Positions 27,824 to 36,300 of a stretch of DNA of 64,000 bases are shown in pieces; position 1 is the first letter of the stretch; the number at the start of each line of letters is the position of its first letter. Both the position numbers and the translations under genes were made by a program. The notes beneath the pieces were generated by a model that saw nothing but the letters and a program-made list of their open reading frames with translations, was not told the DNA's origin and ran no database searches. Location of the stretch: NCBI GenBank assembly GCA_045106895.1, contig JBGCFM010000039.1, positions 128,001-192,000 of the forward strand, given 5' to 3'. Origin of the DNA: Polyangiales bacterium. GTDB lineage: Bacteria; Myxococcota_A; Polyangia; Polyangiales; Houyiibacteriaceae.

Positions 27824-28894
27824 ATGAGTCGACAAGCCAAGCGCCGAGCGTCGCGACGAGCCAAGATCATTCGTCGTCCCCCTGGGCATCTCGAGGCGCC
27901 CCAAGGCGCGAGCGAGACCACCGTTCGAGTGATCCGCTACGACGCCAATGGCGTAGAGACGAGCGCCGGTGTTGAATCGATCCCTGAGCGCCACGAAGGG
28001 GTGCTGTGGGTCGACGTGGTGGGGCTTGCCTCCCTCGACGTGGCCGAGACCATCGCCGCGCGCTTCAACCTTCACCCGCTCGCGATGGAGGATGCATTGC
28101 GCCTCCACCAGCGGCCAAAGTTTGAGTCCTACGCCGACCACGTCTACGGCGTCGCGAAGATCGTGCACTTCCCAAAGGGCGGCGAGCTTGAAGCCGAGCA
28201 GCTGAGTGTCTTCGTCACGGACAACGTCGTCATCACCTTCCAAGAACACGAGGGCGACTGCTTTGGGGAGCTACGCCGGCGTATCCGGGAAGGAGGCGGA
28301 CGCATTCGAAACGAAGGCGCGGCGTACCTCTGCTATGCGCTCTTCGACGCCCTCGCTGATAGCTACTTTCCCGTCGTCGAAGAATTTGGCGAACGCCTCG
28401 AAGCGCTCGAGGAGGCGATTTTTGCGGAACCCGAGGAGGCGCAGCTTCAAAGCATCCACCGACTGCGACGCGAGCTCATCGCGCTTCGCCGTGCGGCCTA
28501 CCCGCTGCGGGAGATGCTCCTCGGACTCATTCGCGACGAGCACCCACTCTTCGACGACTCCGTACGCCTCTACCTCCGCGACTGTGTCGACCACTCGATT
28601 CAAGTCGCCGAGCTCGTCGACAACCACCGCGAGCACGCGACGGGGCTCCTGGACATCTACCTCACAAGCGTTGGCCACCGCGCCAACGAGGTGATGAAGG
28701 TCCTCACAATGATCGCCACGATCTTTATCCCTTTGAGCTTCCTGGTGGGGCTCTACGGCATGAACTTCGACACGAGTTCTCCGTACAATATGCCGGAGCT
28801 GGGCTTTCGTTTCGGCTACCCGATGCTCATCGGCACAATGATGAGCGTCGTCATGGGGATGGTGTACTACTTCCGAAAGAAGCGCTGGATCTAG
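27824..28894 (+). CDS. corA: Magnesium/cobalt transporter CorA
   Basis: LHPLAMED, QRPK, NEVMKVLT, GLYGMNF signature, MPEL loop, KRWI end. Confidence 0.97.
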   Translation: MSRQAKRRASRRAKIIRRPPGHLEAPQGASETTVRVIRYDANGVETSAGVESIPERHEGVLWVDVVGLASLDVAETIAARFNLHPLAMEDALRLHQRPKFESYADHVYGVAKIVHFPKGGELEAEQLSVFVTDNVVITFQEHEGDCFGELRRRIREGGGRIRNEGAAYLCYALFDALADSYFPVVEEFGERLEALEEAIFAEPEEAQLQSIHRLRRELIALRRAAYPLREMLLGLIRDEHPLFDDSVRLYLRDCVDHSIQVAELVDNHREHATGLLDIYLTSVGHRANEVMKVLTMIATIFIPLSFLVGLYGMNFDTSSPYNMPELGFRFGYPMLIGTMMSVVMGMVYYFRKKRWI

Positions 28895-28997
28895 TGCGTG
28901 CGACGGCCTCCATCGCCTCCTCGCAGCGAGGGAAAGTCACCACGCCTGTCTGTTAGCGCGGGCCAAGAAGTTCAGCGTCGTCTGATACGATGGGACC

Positions 28998-29852
28998 GTG
29001 ATCCACATTCTCCGCGGCATCGTCTTCTGTCTCGCTGTCGGCGCGATGGCCCAAGCCCAGCCGGGGACGGCCCAAGAGCCGGCCCAAGCGCTTCGCGCTG
29101 GAAGTCCTGCCCGCGCGGAGGTCATCACGGTGCTCAACGTCCCAGCGAGCACCCTCGCCACGGCCAACCAAATGCTCACGGCCCAATCGGAGAGGCTCAT
29201 GGAGTGCATCGTCGGGAGTGAACCTGGTCCATGGAGGTACCGACTGGAGCTAAGGAACGCGGGAGTGCACTCCGCGGCGTTGGTCGCCGACGGGACTGAC
29301 GCAACGCCCAGCGTCACCACATGCGTCGAAGAGGTACTGCGTTCTCTGCGTTTCCCTCAACTCGGGCAAAGCATCGAGGTTCGTGTATCGAGAAGAGAGA
29401 TATTTGGGGTGGTTCCCGGCGGCATCGGCGGCATCGGCGGCGGCGGCGGCATCGGAGCCGTCCGCGGCGGGTCGACACGCTCGCCACCAAACGCTGGGAT
29501 CGGTTCTCGAGTTCAACGAACGCCCCGCGTGCGCCCAGGCTCCCTTGATGTCCGCGGCGGACTCGCCTCCGACATCGTTCGGCGTGTCGTTCGCCGACAC
29601 CTATCGGAGCTTCGTTTCTGCTATCAGCAAGTGCTTGCGCAGCGGCCACGGGCACAGGGGGCCCTTACCCTTGAGCTCGTCGTCTCCGCCGTCGGCACCG
29701 TGCCTAGAACCTCCGCATCCGGCGCCGGCGACGACCTCGCCCCCGTGGCGGCGTGCTTCGCGCGCGTCGCGCGACGATGGCGCTTCCCCTCGCCCACGAG
29801 CGCCGGCGTCGTCCTCGTCCGCTACTCGTTCGCACTCACTCCGCCGCGCTAA
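28998..29852 (+). CDS. Secreted protein with AgmX/PglI C-terminal (TonB-C-like) domain(s)
   Basis: Signal ending AQA; IVRRVVRRHLSELRFCYQ...CFARVARRWRFPSP...VRYSF; a degenerate second copy lies in the N-terminal half (CVEEVLRSLRFP). Confidence 0.75.
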   Translation: MIHILRGIVFCLAVGAMAQAQPGTAQEPAQALRAGSPARAEVITVLNVPASTLATANQMLTAQSERLMECIVGSEPGPWRYRLELRNAGVHSAALVADGTDATPSVTTCVEEVLRSLRFPQLGQSIEVRVSRREIFGVVPGGIGGIGGGGGIGAVRGGSTRSPPNAGIGSRVQRTPRVRPGSLDVRGGLASDIVRRVVRRHLSELRFCYQQVLAQRPRAQGALTLELVVSAVGTVPRTSASGAGDDLAPVAACFARVARRWRFPSPTSAGVVLVRYSFALTPPR

Positions 29853-30406
29853 CGCCAGGCCGGCGCCCAGTTGCCGGTCAGCTCTTCGCCGTCGGCGTCG
29901 AACTCCGCCGACGCCCACATCATGTCGAGATTGCACTCGTAGCGCCGTCGACCGCCGCTCATTCGACAGCCCTCGAGGACGGCGGTGTTGTGGTCGAGGA
30001 CTCGCACCCGCTCCGCAGAGCACTGCACCGCCTTCGTCGTTCCGTCGACGACGACGATGGCGCGGTCCCCGTCTTCAAAGAAGCTCACGCGCACCTCAGC
30101 GCCGAGGCCTCGGAGGAAGCGTGTCTGCACCTCCGCCAGCGGCGAAGCCATGCGCACCCAACGCGCGCCGCCGCTTAGGTCCACCAAAACCAGAGGGTCC
30201 GTGTCCATGGGGTGAAAGATCAGCTCCGCGGCGCCGTGCTCACCCGGCGGCAACGAGAGCGGTCGAAGCTCGTCTGGCTGCTCACCGGGAAAAGTGAGGA
30301 CCCCGCTGACCTCGTAGTCGCCGTCCACATGGACACTCAGGGGCCACTCGTTGCCACAGGAGCCGCAAGCGACGAGGAAGAAGAGACAAAGAACGAGGGC
30401 CCGCAT
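29849..30406 (-). CDS. Hypothetical lipoprotein
   Basis: MRALVLCLFFLVAC lipobox at ATG 30406. Confidence 0.65.
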   Translation of the reverse strand: MRALVLCLFFLVACGSCGNEWPLSVHVDGDYEVSGVLTFPGEQPDELRPLSLPPGEHGAAELIFHPMDTDPLVLVDLSGGARWVRMASPLAEVQTRFLRGLGAEVRVSFFEDGDRAIVVVDGTTKAVQCSAERVRVLDHNTAVLEGCRMSGGRRRYECNLDMMWASAEFDADGEELTGNWAPAWR

Positions 30407-30520
30407 GACACCGAACATGCACGGAAGATGTGGCGAAACTATGGCGTTCTCAAAACAATGACGAACTTGCGCGCTTCCTTCTCCTTGCCGCACACCCCTC
30501 GTGGTGAGAGCGTACGCCAG

Positions 30521-32137
30521 ATGAACCGACACGCCCTCCTGTACACTCGTGCCCTCGCCGCCCTGGCCCTCGCCGGATGCGGCAGCTCACTCCCGCAGCC
30601 CGAAACACCCACTCCCGTACAGTCTGTCGCGGCACCCGTTCTCTCCGCCGCCGGCGACTCCGCCGTCATCACCCTCGCCGTCTACCCCGCGCGTCTGCCG
30701 GAGTTTGTCGGTCAGGCCACCTTCCTCGAACCGGTCCTGCAAACCCTCGTCGATCAGTACGCCGCGGATGCAGCGGTCTTCGATGCTTGGGTCGGCGACG
30801 CGACGCGAAACTACCGCGAAGGCGAGGTCGGCAGCGTCCTCCACTGGCCTGGACTCGACCTCACGCGCCCAATCTTCTTCCGCGTCGGAGAGGCTCCCGA
30901 TGAGCTCCAAGGCGCCCTCGCTGTTCTCTCCGGCGCATCGAGTCCACTGCGCCACGTCCTCGCCTGCCCCGCCACCGACGCGGCGGCTCTCCAAGCTCAC
31001 TTCGAGTCGCTCTTCGCAAACTGCCCGGTGTCTGGAGGCATGCGCCAGTGCCGGCGCCACCAAGTTCAGATCGTGCACAACGCAGAGTGGGTCTTCGTCG
31101 TTCGACACGAAGGGCCGATGCCCGCGCTCAGCGCCGCAGACCTCATGGCGCCAGCGGATCCCCTCGCCGAGTGGGCCTACGAGAACGGTCCCGTCGCCGG
31201 CTATCTGCGACCCCAGAGCATTCGAGGTGTCGGTGCGCATCTGGGCTCGGCGCGCGCCGCCGACGCTCTGTCCGAAGCCAGCGGAGATTCCGTGAACCTG
31301 ATGCGCTGGATAGCGGCATCGGAGGTTGTCGGAGCCTACCTGCAGAGCAGCCCCTATGGAATGGAAGCGGAGGGGTTTGCCTTCGTCGTCCAGCCCTCTC
31401 CCCTCTCTCTTTCCTTTCGGGCGTCCCTCTCCCAAGCCGGCGCCCACTACAGCCAGACTCCGCGAGGCGAAGCGGCACGTGGCGGTAACACAGAGACCGG
31501 CATAGTGATTCGCAGCAGCTACGCCCTCAATGCGCTCCTCGCACCGCACCATCCCTTCGGTTACGGCACCGATGAACGAGAAATAAACGAAGCCATGCGC
31601 CGCTGTGGCGTCGCGTGTTCGATCCGCGCTGCGTTCGAGCCCAGCGCGTACTTGCCGTTCCTTGTCGACGCGCAAGGGCCCAGCGCCGCACTCAGCGCCA
31701 TCGCCGAACTCGAAGTCGATCCCGCGCTGGAGGCAGGAACCCTAGACATCGACGCCGACACGTCGTCCATCCAAGGAGCCAGGGCAGGAGCGCGTTTGTT
31801 CGCTCGTTCGCGAATCGCCGAGCGCTCCTGGTCCGGCGGCGTCTCCTTCGTCGCCGAAGCGGCCTCCGAGGCCCTCGCCCTCGCGAGGAGCGCGCCGGAG
31901 TTACCACTCGTTCCTGACGCCGGCGCGAGCGAAGCGTCCCTTCGCTGCCTCGACGCTCTCGGTCAGCACGTCACCTTGTCCCTGTCGAGTCTCGCCGATG
32001 CGCCGAACTCCGGAGCCGAAGCCCGGCCAAGCGTGTACCTACGCGCCGCCGAGCTGTCCCGCTGCGCAAGCGACCCGGCCCACGCCGCCGATCGCGACGC
32101 CTACCTGGCGGCCCTCGACGTCGGCTTCGGCGCGTAG
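30521..32137 (+). CDS. Hypothetical lipoprotein
   Basis: MNRHALL...LALAGC lipobox at ATG 30521. Confidence 0.7.
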   Translation: MNRHALLYTRALAALALAGCGSSLPQPETPTPVQSVAAPVLSAAGDSAVITLAVYPARLPEFVGQATFLEPVLQTLVDQYAADAAVFDAWVGDATRNYREGEVGSVLHWPGLDLTRPIFFRVGEAPDELQGALAVLSGASSPLRHVLACPATDAAALQAHFESLFANCPVSGGMRQCRRHQVQIVHNAEWVFVVRHEGPMPALSAADLMAPADPLAEWAYENGPVAGYLRPQSIRGVGAHLGSARAADALSEASGDSVNLMRWIAASEVVGAYLQSSPYGMEAEGFAFVVQPSPLSLSFRASLSQAGAHYSQTPRGEAARGGNTETGIVIRSSYALNALLAPHHPFGYGTDEREINEAMRRCGVACSIRAAFEPSAYLPFLVDAQGPSAALSAIAELEVDPALEAGTLDIDADTSSIQGARAGARLFARSRIAERSWSGGVSFVAEAASEALALARSAPELPLVPDAGASEASLRCLDALGQHVTLSLSSLADAPNSGAEARPSVYLRAAELSRCASDPAHAADRDAYLAALDVGFGA

Positions 32138-32189
32138 TCACTTTCCACGACCTTGAACGGCGCTTGGACGGGGCGTATTCTGACCGGGC

Positions 32190-32474
32190 GTGGACTACGG
32201 ACTTCCGGAAAAGAAAGAGCTCCCGGGCGCGGTGCCCTTCACGGTGCGCCTGCACCCCGTGGCGCTCGGACTCGTCGTCTCGCTTCTCGTCGCTTTGTTC
32301 GGCGCTATCTGCATCTTCGTTTGGTGGAACTCTTCTCCGCATCGCGGCTTCGACGACCTCGACATTGGCATTCAAGCCGTAGTCTCAACGGGCGCGCTTA
32401 GCGTGCTCAGCGGAATCGTCGGCGTGGTTTGGGGCACTCTTCGTCGCCGAAAGCACCGCAGCTTGATCGCGTAA
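32190..32474 (+). CDS. Small two-TM membrane protein
   Basis: Two hydrophobic helices followed by a basic tail. Confidence 0.55.
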   Translation: MDYGLPEKKELPGAVPFTVRLHPVALGLVVSLLVALFGAICIFVWWNSSPHRGFDDLDIGIQAVVSTGALSVLSGIVGVVWGTLRRRKHRSLIA

Positions 32475-32478
32475 ACGG

Positions 32479-32868
32479 ATGTTTCGTGAAAATCAAAGAC
32501 GCTGCCCGAAATGCCGCGCCGGCATGCGTAAGGAGCCGATCCCCTCCGGCGAAGTCGTCGACGTCTGCGAGTGCGGCGTCTTCGCGGACTACTTTGACGG
32601 GGACCCTCGCGCCCTCTCGAAGCTCTTTCGCTTGCCCGTTCCCGAGGCTTCGAAGGAAAACGACGACGTCCTGACCTGCGCTGGATGCAGCGAGCGGATG
32701 GAGCTGCTTCGCTACGAAGAGGGCCCGCTTCTCCACCGCTGCCATGCCTGCGCGTCCGTATTCATGACCCCGGTGATGCTCAACTTCCTGCGCAACTACG
32801 AAGCACAATCCAAGGCCGAAGAGCCGACGCTCCTCGCTCGCCTCGCCCATTGGCTTGATTCGTTTTGA
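32479..32868 (+). CDS. Tandem zf-TFIIB-like zinc-ribbon protein
   Basis: CPKC..M...VDVCECGVF and CAGC...M...HRCHAC. Confidence 0.75.
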   Translation: MFRENQRRCPKCRAGMRKEPIPSGEVVDVCECGVFADYFDGDPRALSKLFRLPVPEASKENDDVLTCAGCSERMELLRYEEGPLLHRCHACASVFMTPVMLNFLRNYEAQSKAEEPTLLARLAHWLDSF

Positions 32869-32879
32869 CGCGACGCCGA

Positions 32880-32939
32880 GCGCTCATGGACCATGCGCTC
32901 GTGGAGCATGGGCTCATGGACCATGCGCTCATGGACGAA
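32880..32939. repeat. Intergenic 15-bp tandem repeat, 4 copies
   Basis: GCGCTCATGGACCAT / GCGCTCGTGGAGCAT / GGGCTCATGGACCAT / GCGCTCATGGACGAA. Confidence 0.85.
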
Positions 32940-32982
32940 GCCCTGGTTTGACAACCCGGCGCCGGCTGGCTAGCTCTTCGGT

Positions 32983-33087
32983 GGGCGCCTTGGGAGCGCC
33001 CCTCCGCCAAAAGCGCCGCGCATCCCAACGTTCGAAACAACCAATGGTCACGCTTTGCGTCCGACCCAGCCCTCAGAGCGGAAAGGG
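32983..33087 (+). ncRNA. Candidate structured cis-regulatory leader RNA
   Basis: Lies downstream of TTGACA (32948) -17 nt- TAGCTC; several complementary segments including a possible pseudoknot; ends just before the GGGAG RBS. Confidence 0.45.
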
Positions 33088-33105
33088 AACACTGGGAGAT
33101 GACTC

Positions 33106-33639
33106 ATGACCAATCCTTACGATTCGCTGCGCGACGAGCTCCGTCGGCGCGCTCGCCAACTCCACAAACGCTGCGCCGGCGCTGACGAAGATGCGCTTCG
33201 GCGCGTTCGACGCGCTCCGGCCTTGGCAGCACAGCCGGACGACGCGATCATCGCCGGCGTGCGCCGGAAGCACTGCTTCGACGCCATCGCCCGCGCCCTC
33301 GGTTTTGCCGGCTGGCCTCAGGCTTCGCGCTGCCTCGCCGGCGAGGCCACCGAAGACATGGGCACGTTTATGCACCGCGGCTTTGGCGGCGCGCACTGGA
33401 ATGTCTGGGCGACGGATCACGAGGAAGCCGCGGCGATTCGCCGTGAGCACGGCGGCTTCCTTCTGGCGTATCGCCGGCAGTTCTTCGTCGCTACCGAGTC
33501 CTATATCGATGAGCTTGGACTCGACCCCAATCACGCGGACTGGACGGCGATAGGCCGAGATCTTTCGCGCAGCCGCGGCAACCCGGCCTGGGCCCGAATC
33601 GCGCGCTCCGCGGTGCGCGCGCGCCTCTTCGACAGCTAG
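33106..33639 (+). CDS. Conserved-looking hypothetical protein with N-terminal 'A..L.K...AIAR.LGF.GW' helical module
   Basis: 177-aa ORF with RBS GGGAG; the N-terminus resembles the small 'IAR.xGF.xW' helical domains seen in glyoxalase-superfamily and ankyrin proteins. Confidence 0.75.
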   Translation: MTNPYDSLRDELRRRARQLHKRCAGADEDALRRVRRAPALAAQPDDAIIAGVRRKHCFDAIARALGFAGWPQASRCLAGEATEDMGTFMHRGFGGAHWNVWATDHEEAAAIRREHGGFLLAYRRQFFVATESYIDELGLDPNHADWTAIGRDLSRSRGNPAWARIARSAVRARLFDS

Positions 33640-33651
33640 GTTGTGCGTCCG

Positions 33652-33677
33652 GGGCCGTCTGGGCGTCCAGACGGCCC
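33652..33677 (+). terminator. Perfect 11-bp hairpin after the 33106-33639 gene
   Basis: GGGCCGTCTGG-GCGT-CCAGACGGCCC; no U-tract. Confidence 0.55.
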
Positions 33678-33845
33678 GAACGCTCACCCGCGGAACTTCC
33701 GACGTCCCGCGCTGTCCGTGAGGCATGAGCAAGACCGCGCGAGACGCGCTCACCATCGTCGGCATGACGCTTCTGGCACTCTGTGCGCTAGATATGTTGG
33801 AGTACCTGCGCTTTCTGGCGTCGCTGGCATGGAGGTAGCGCTCCG

Positions 33846-34956
33846 ATGAACGAGCCCGCGCAGTCCACCTGTATCCTCGCTGGCTTCGCCCTCGCGTCCA
33901 TCGTCAGCGCCCTCATTGGACGCGGCCTCGTCCGCGAACGCCGCGCGGCCTGGCGCAACGGCTTCCTCCTCGCGGCGCGGCTTCCTCCTCGCGGCGCGGC
34001 TTCTCCTCGGCGTGTCCCTCCTCGGCGCCGCCTTCGTCGTCGCAGAAGCCATCGATGTTCTACAGGGCGGCGGGTCCATGGGACGCACCGCGCTCTTCCC
34101 ACTCTTCTTCCACGCCGTGCCGATTCAGGTCATCGCGACGGCCACCGCTGCTTCCATGCGCACACGATTCGTCGCAGCGATGCTCTTCATCGTCCTCGCC
34201 GGCGGCCTCGTCTTTTTCACACTCCTCGATTCCGCATTCCATTTTCCCTGCGTCAGCCCTAGCGATGCCGTCCATCTGTTCGAGCGACGTGCGCTCCGCG
34301 CAGTCTGGGCCCTTCAAGGGGCGCGCTTGCTCGTTGTCACCTTCGCCGGCGTCGCGTCTGCGCAGGCCCTACGCAACACGAGCCAAGAAAAATCTGGGGA
34401 CGCCAAGAGCACGCGCTCCATCGCTCTCTTCGCGCTCGGCCTCACCGCCTTCGCCCTCACCCGCCCCTTCGCGAACGACGGACATCGCCCCCTGAAGTTC
34501 CGCTACGGCGCGCGCCACACGCACCCCGGCGTTCAAACGCCGCCACCGGAGCCCAGTGACGAACACGTGTGGGGCGGGTTTCACCTCACCCTTGGTCCTG
34601 CCGGCGCTTCGCTGGACGGCGAAGCGATTCACGGCCCAGACGACCTCCGCCCGCACCTCCTCACCCATGTCCTCGAGCACCCCAATACCCGCCCCAGCTG
34701 CGTAATTCTCGCCGACCCTGCCACGCCACGAGACAGTGTCGAAGCGTGGCTTGCGGCCCTCCGTACGCGCGGCGCCCTCATCTTCGCCGGGTCCTTCTCG
34801 GACCATGCTCACCAGAGCGAAACCCTCGGCCCCATCCACCGCGGACGAATCGCCACCTGGCGCCTCGACGTCCGAAGCGAGAGCCCCGGCGAAACATGGG
34901 GCGAGCTCGCCCACCGTACGGCGGTTCCGGCAGCGTTGCCCTACCCATGGCGCTGA
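33846..34956 (+). pseudogene. Multi-TM membrane protein with ExbD/TolR-like C-terminal domain, frameshifted by a 19-bp duplication
   Basis: GGCTTCCTCCTCGCGGCGC is duplicated at 33960-33997; removing one copy joins ORFs 33846 and 33916 into one 1092-nt frame. Confidence 0.75.
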
Positions 34957-34971
34957 CCCCACACTCTCCGC

Positions 34972-35763
34972 GTGCCCGAGGGCGATACCATTCACCGAAG
35001 CGCGCGGACGCTCCACAAGGCCCTCGCCGGCAAGGAGGTCCTTCGCTTTCGAACGCGCCACCCCCAGCTCGCGCCCCTGGACCTCGCCGCCGTCCATGTG
35101 GAGTCCGTGGAGGCGCGTGGAAAGAACCTCCTCATCGACGTTGGCGTCGCCACCCTCCCCACGCACATGCGCATGCGCGGCGCTTGGCATATCTACCGCG
35201 AGGGCGACCGCTGGAAACGCCCCAGGCGCGACGCCGAGATCATCATCGTCACAGAGCCGTGGAGCGCCGTGGGCTTCAGTATTCCGCAGGCGCGATGGAT
35301 CCGCGGCGCCGAGCAGAGCGCGCCCCTCAAAGGCCTCGGCCCGGACTTGCTCGACGACACCCTCGACACGGAAACCTTCGTCGACGCGCTCAAGAACGTG
35401 GAGGAGCCCCTCGGCGTCGCGCTCATGGACCAGCGCCGGCTCAGCGGCATCGGCAACGTCTACAAGTCCGAGCTGTGTTTTCTCGCCGGCGCCGACCCCT
35501 TCGCGCCAACGCGGAGCCTCGATGAAGTGCTGCTCACGGACCTCGTGGACAACGCGCGCCGCCTTCTCCGCCGTAACCTCCACACGCCGAGGCGCATCAC
35601 GCGCCCAGACCGCGCCCACCCCCTCTGGGTGTACCGCCGCGACGGCGAGCATTGTTTCCGCTGCTCTTCCATGCTGCAGATGCGGCATCAGGGAGCCCCC
35701 CTGCGCGGCCAAGCCATCCGCTCGACGTATTTCTGTCCGCGCTGTCAGAAGGTCACGGGCTGA
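34972..35763 (+). CDS. nei: Fpg/Nei family DNA glycosylase (endonuclease VIII-like)
   Basis: N-terminal PEGD, ARGKNL, HMRMRGAW, LMDQRRLSGIGNVYKSE (H2TH), CFRC...CPRCQ zinc finger. Confidence 0.93.
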   Translation: MPEGDTIHRSARTLHKALAGKEVLRFRTRHPQLAPLDLAAVHVESVEARGKNLLIDVGVATLPTHMRMRGAWHIYREGDRWKRPRRDAEIIIVTEPWSAVGFSIPQARWIRGAEQSAPLKGLGPDLLDDTLDTETFVDALKNVEEPLGVALMDQRRLSGIGNVYKSELCFLAGADPFAPTRSLDEVLLTDLVDNARRLLRRNLHTPRRITRPDRAHPLWVYRRDGEHCFRCSSMLQMRHQGAPLRGQAIRSTYFCPRCQKVTG

Positions 35764-35903
35764 ACGTTCGCGTAAAAGGTTCCAGTTCTCCTGCGACTTC
35801 ACAGCCTCTCTCGTCACTACGCGTGGTCGCATCTGCTCAGAGCGCTTCGGGCTTGCCGCAGTGTGGCCGTGCGCAGGGAGGAGATGCGCTCTAGGCTCGA
35901 CGG

Positions 35904-36140
35904 GTGGATGCCAAAGAGACGCGCAGGCGCCCCGGCGCGAACCTCCTCGCCTTTGGATGCGGCACGCCGCTCTTCCTCTACGGCGCGGGCTACATTTACC
36001 TGCGCCTAAGCCACCAGCTCATCAACTACGGGCACTTCATCGGCGGGCCCAACGCGTTGCGGGGAGGCTTTGGGTTCACCACGTCCGAGCTCGTCTACGC
36101 GCCACTGGTCATGCTTGAGGTATTCGTCCGAGGTTTGTGA
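35904..36140 (+). CDS. Small membrane protein
   Basis: 78 aa with hydrophobic/aromatic segments; plausible but unverified. Confidence 0.4.
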   Translation: MDAKETRRRPGANLLAFGCGTPLFLYGAGYIYLRLSHQLINYGHFIGGPNALRGGFGFTTSELVYAPLVMLEVFVRGL

Positions 36141-36300
36141 CCCACGCTCGGCGAGCTCAATAAGCCCAGTGTTCGATTGGCCCAACATGGGCGAGCGATT
36201 TCGTTCATGGCAAGGCGCGACGATGAAGGAAGGTCCCCGCCCTTTCAAAGAGTCGCAACGCGGCCATGAGTGGGTATGTATGCCCGATCGAACTCGGGGG

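Noticed and set aside
32880..32939. Short intergenic repeat as a mini-CRISPR
   Set aside because: Units are 15 bp and head-to-tail with no spacers.
34369..36118. Long overlapping ORFs 34369-35832 (-) and 34736-36118 (+)
   Set aside because: Shadow or alternate frames of nei and its neighbour, with low-complexity Arg/Ser/Pro-rich translations.
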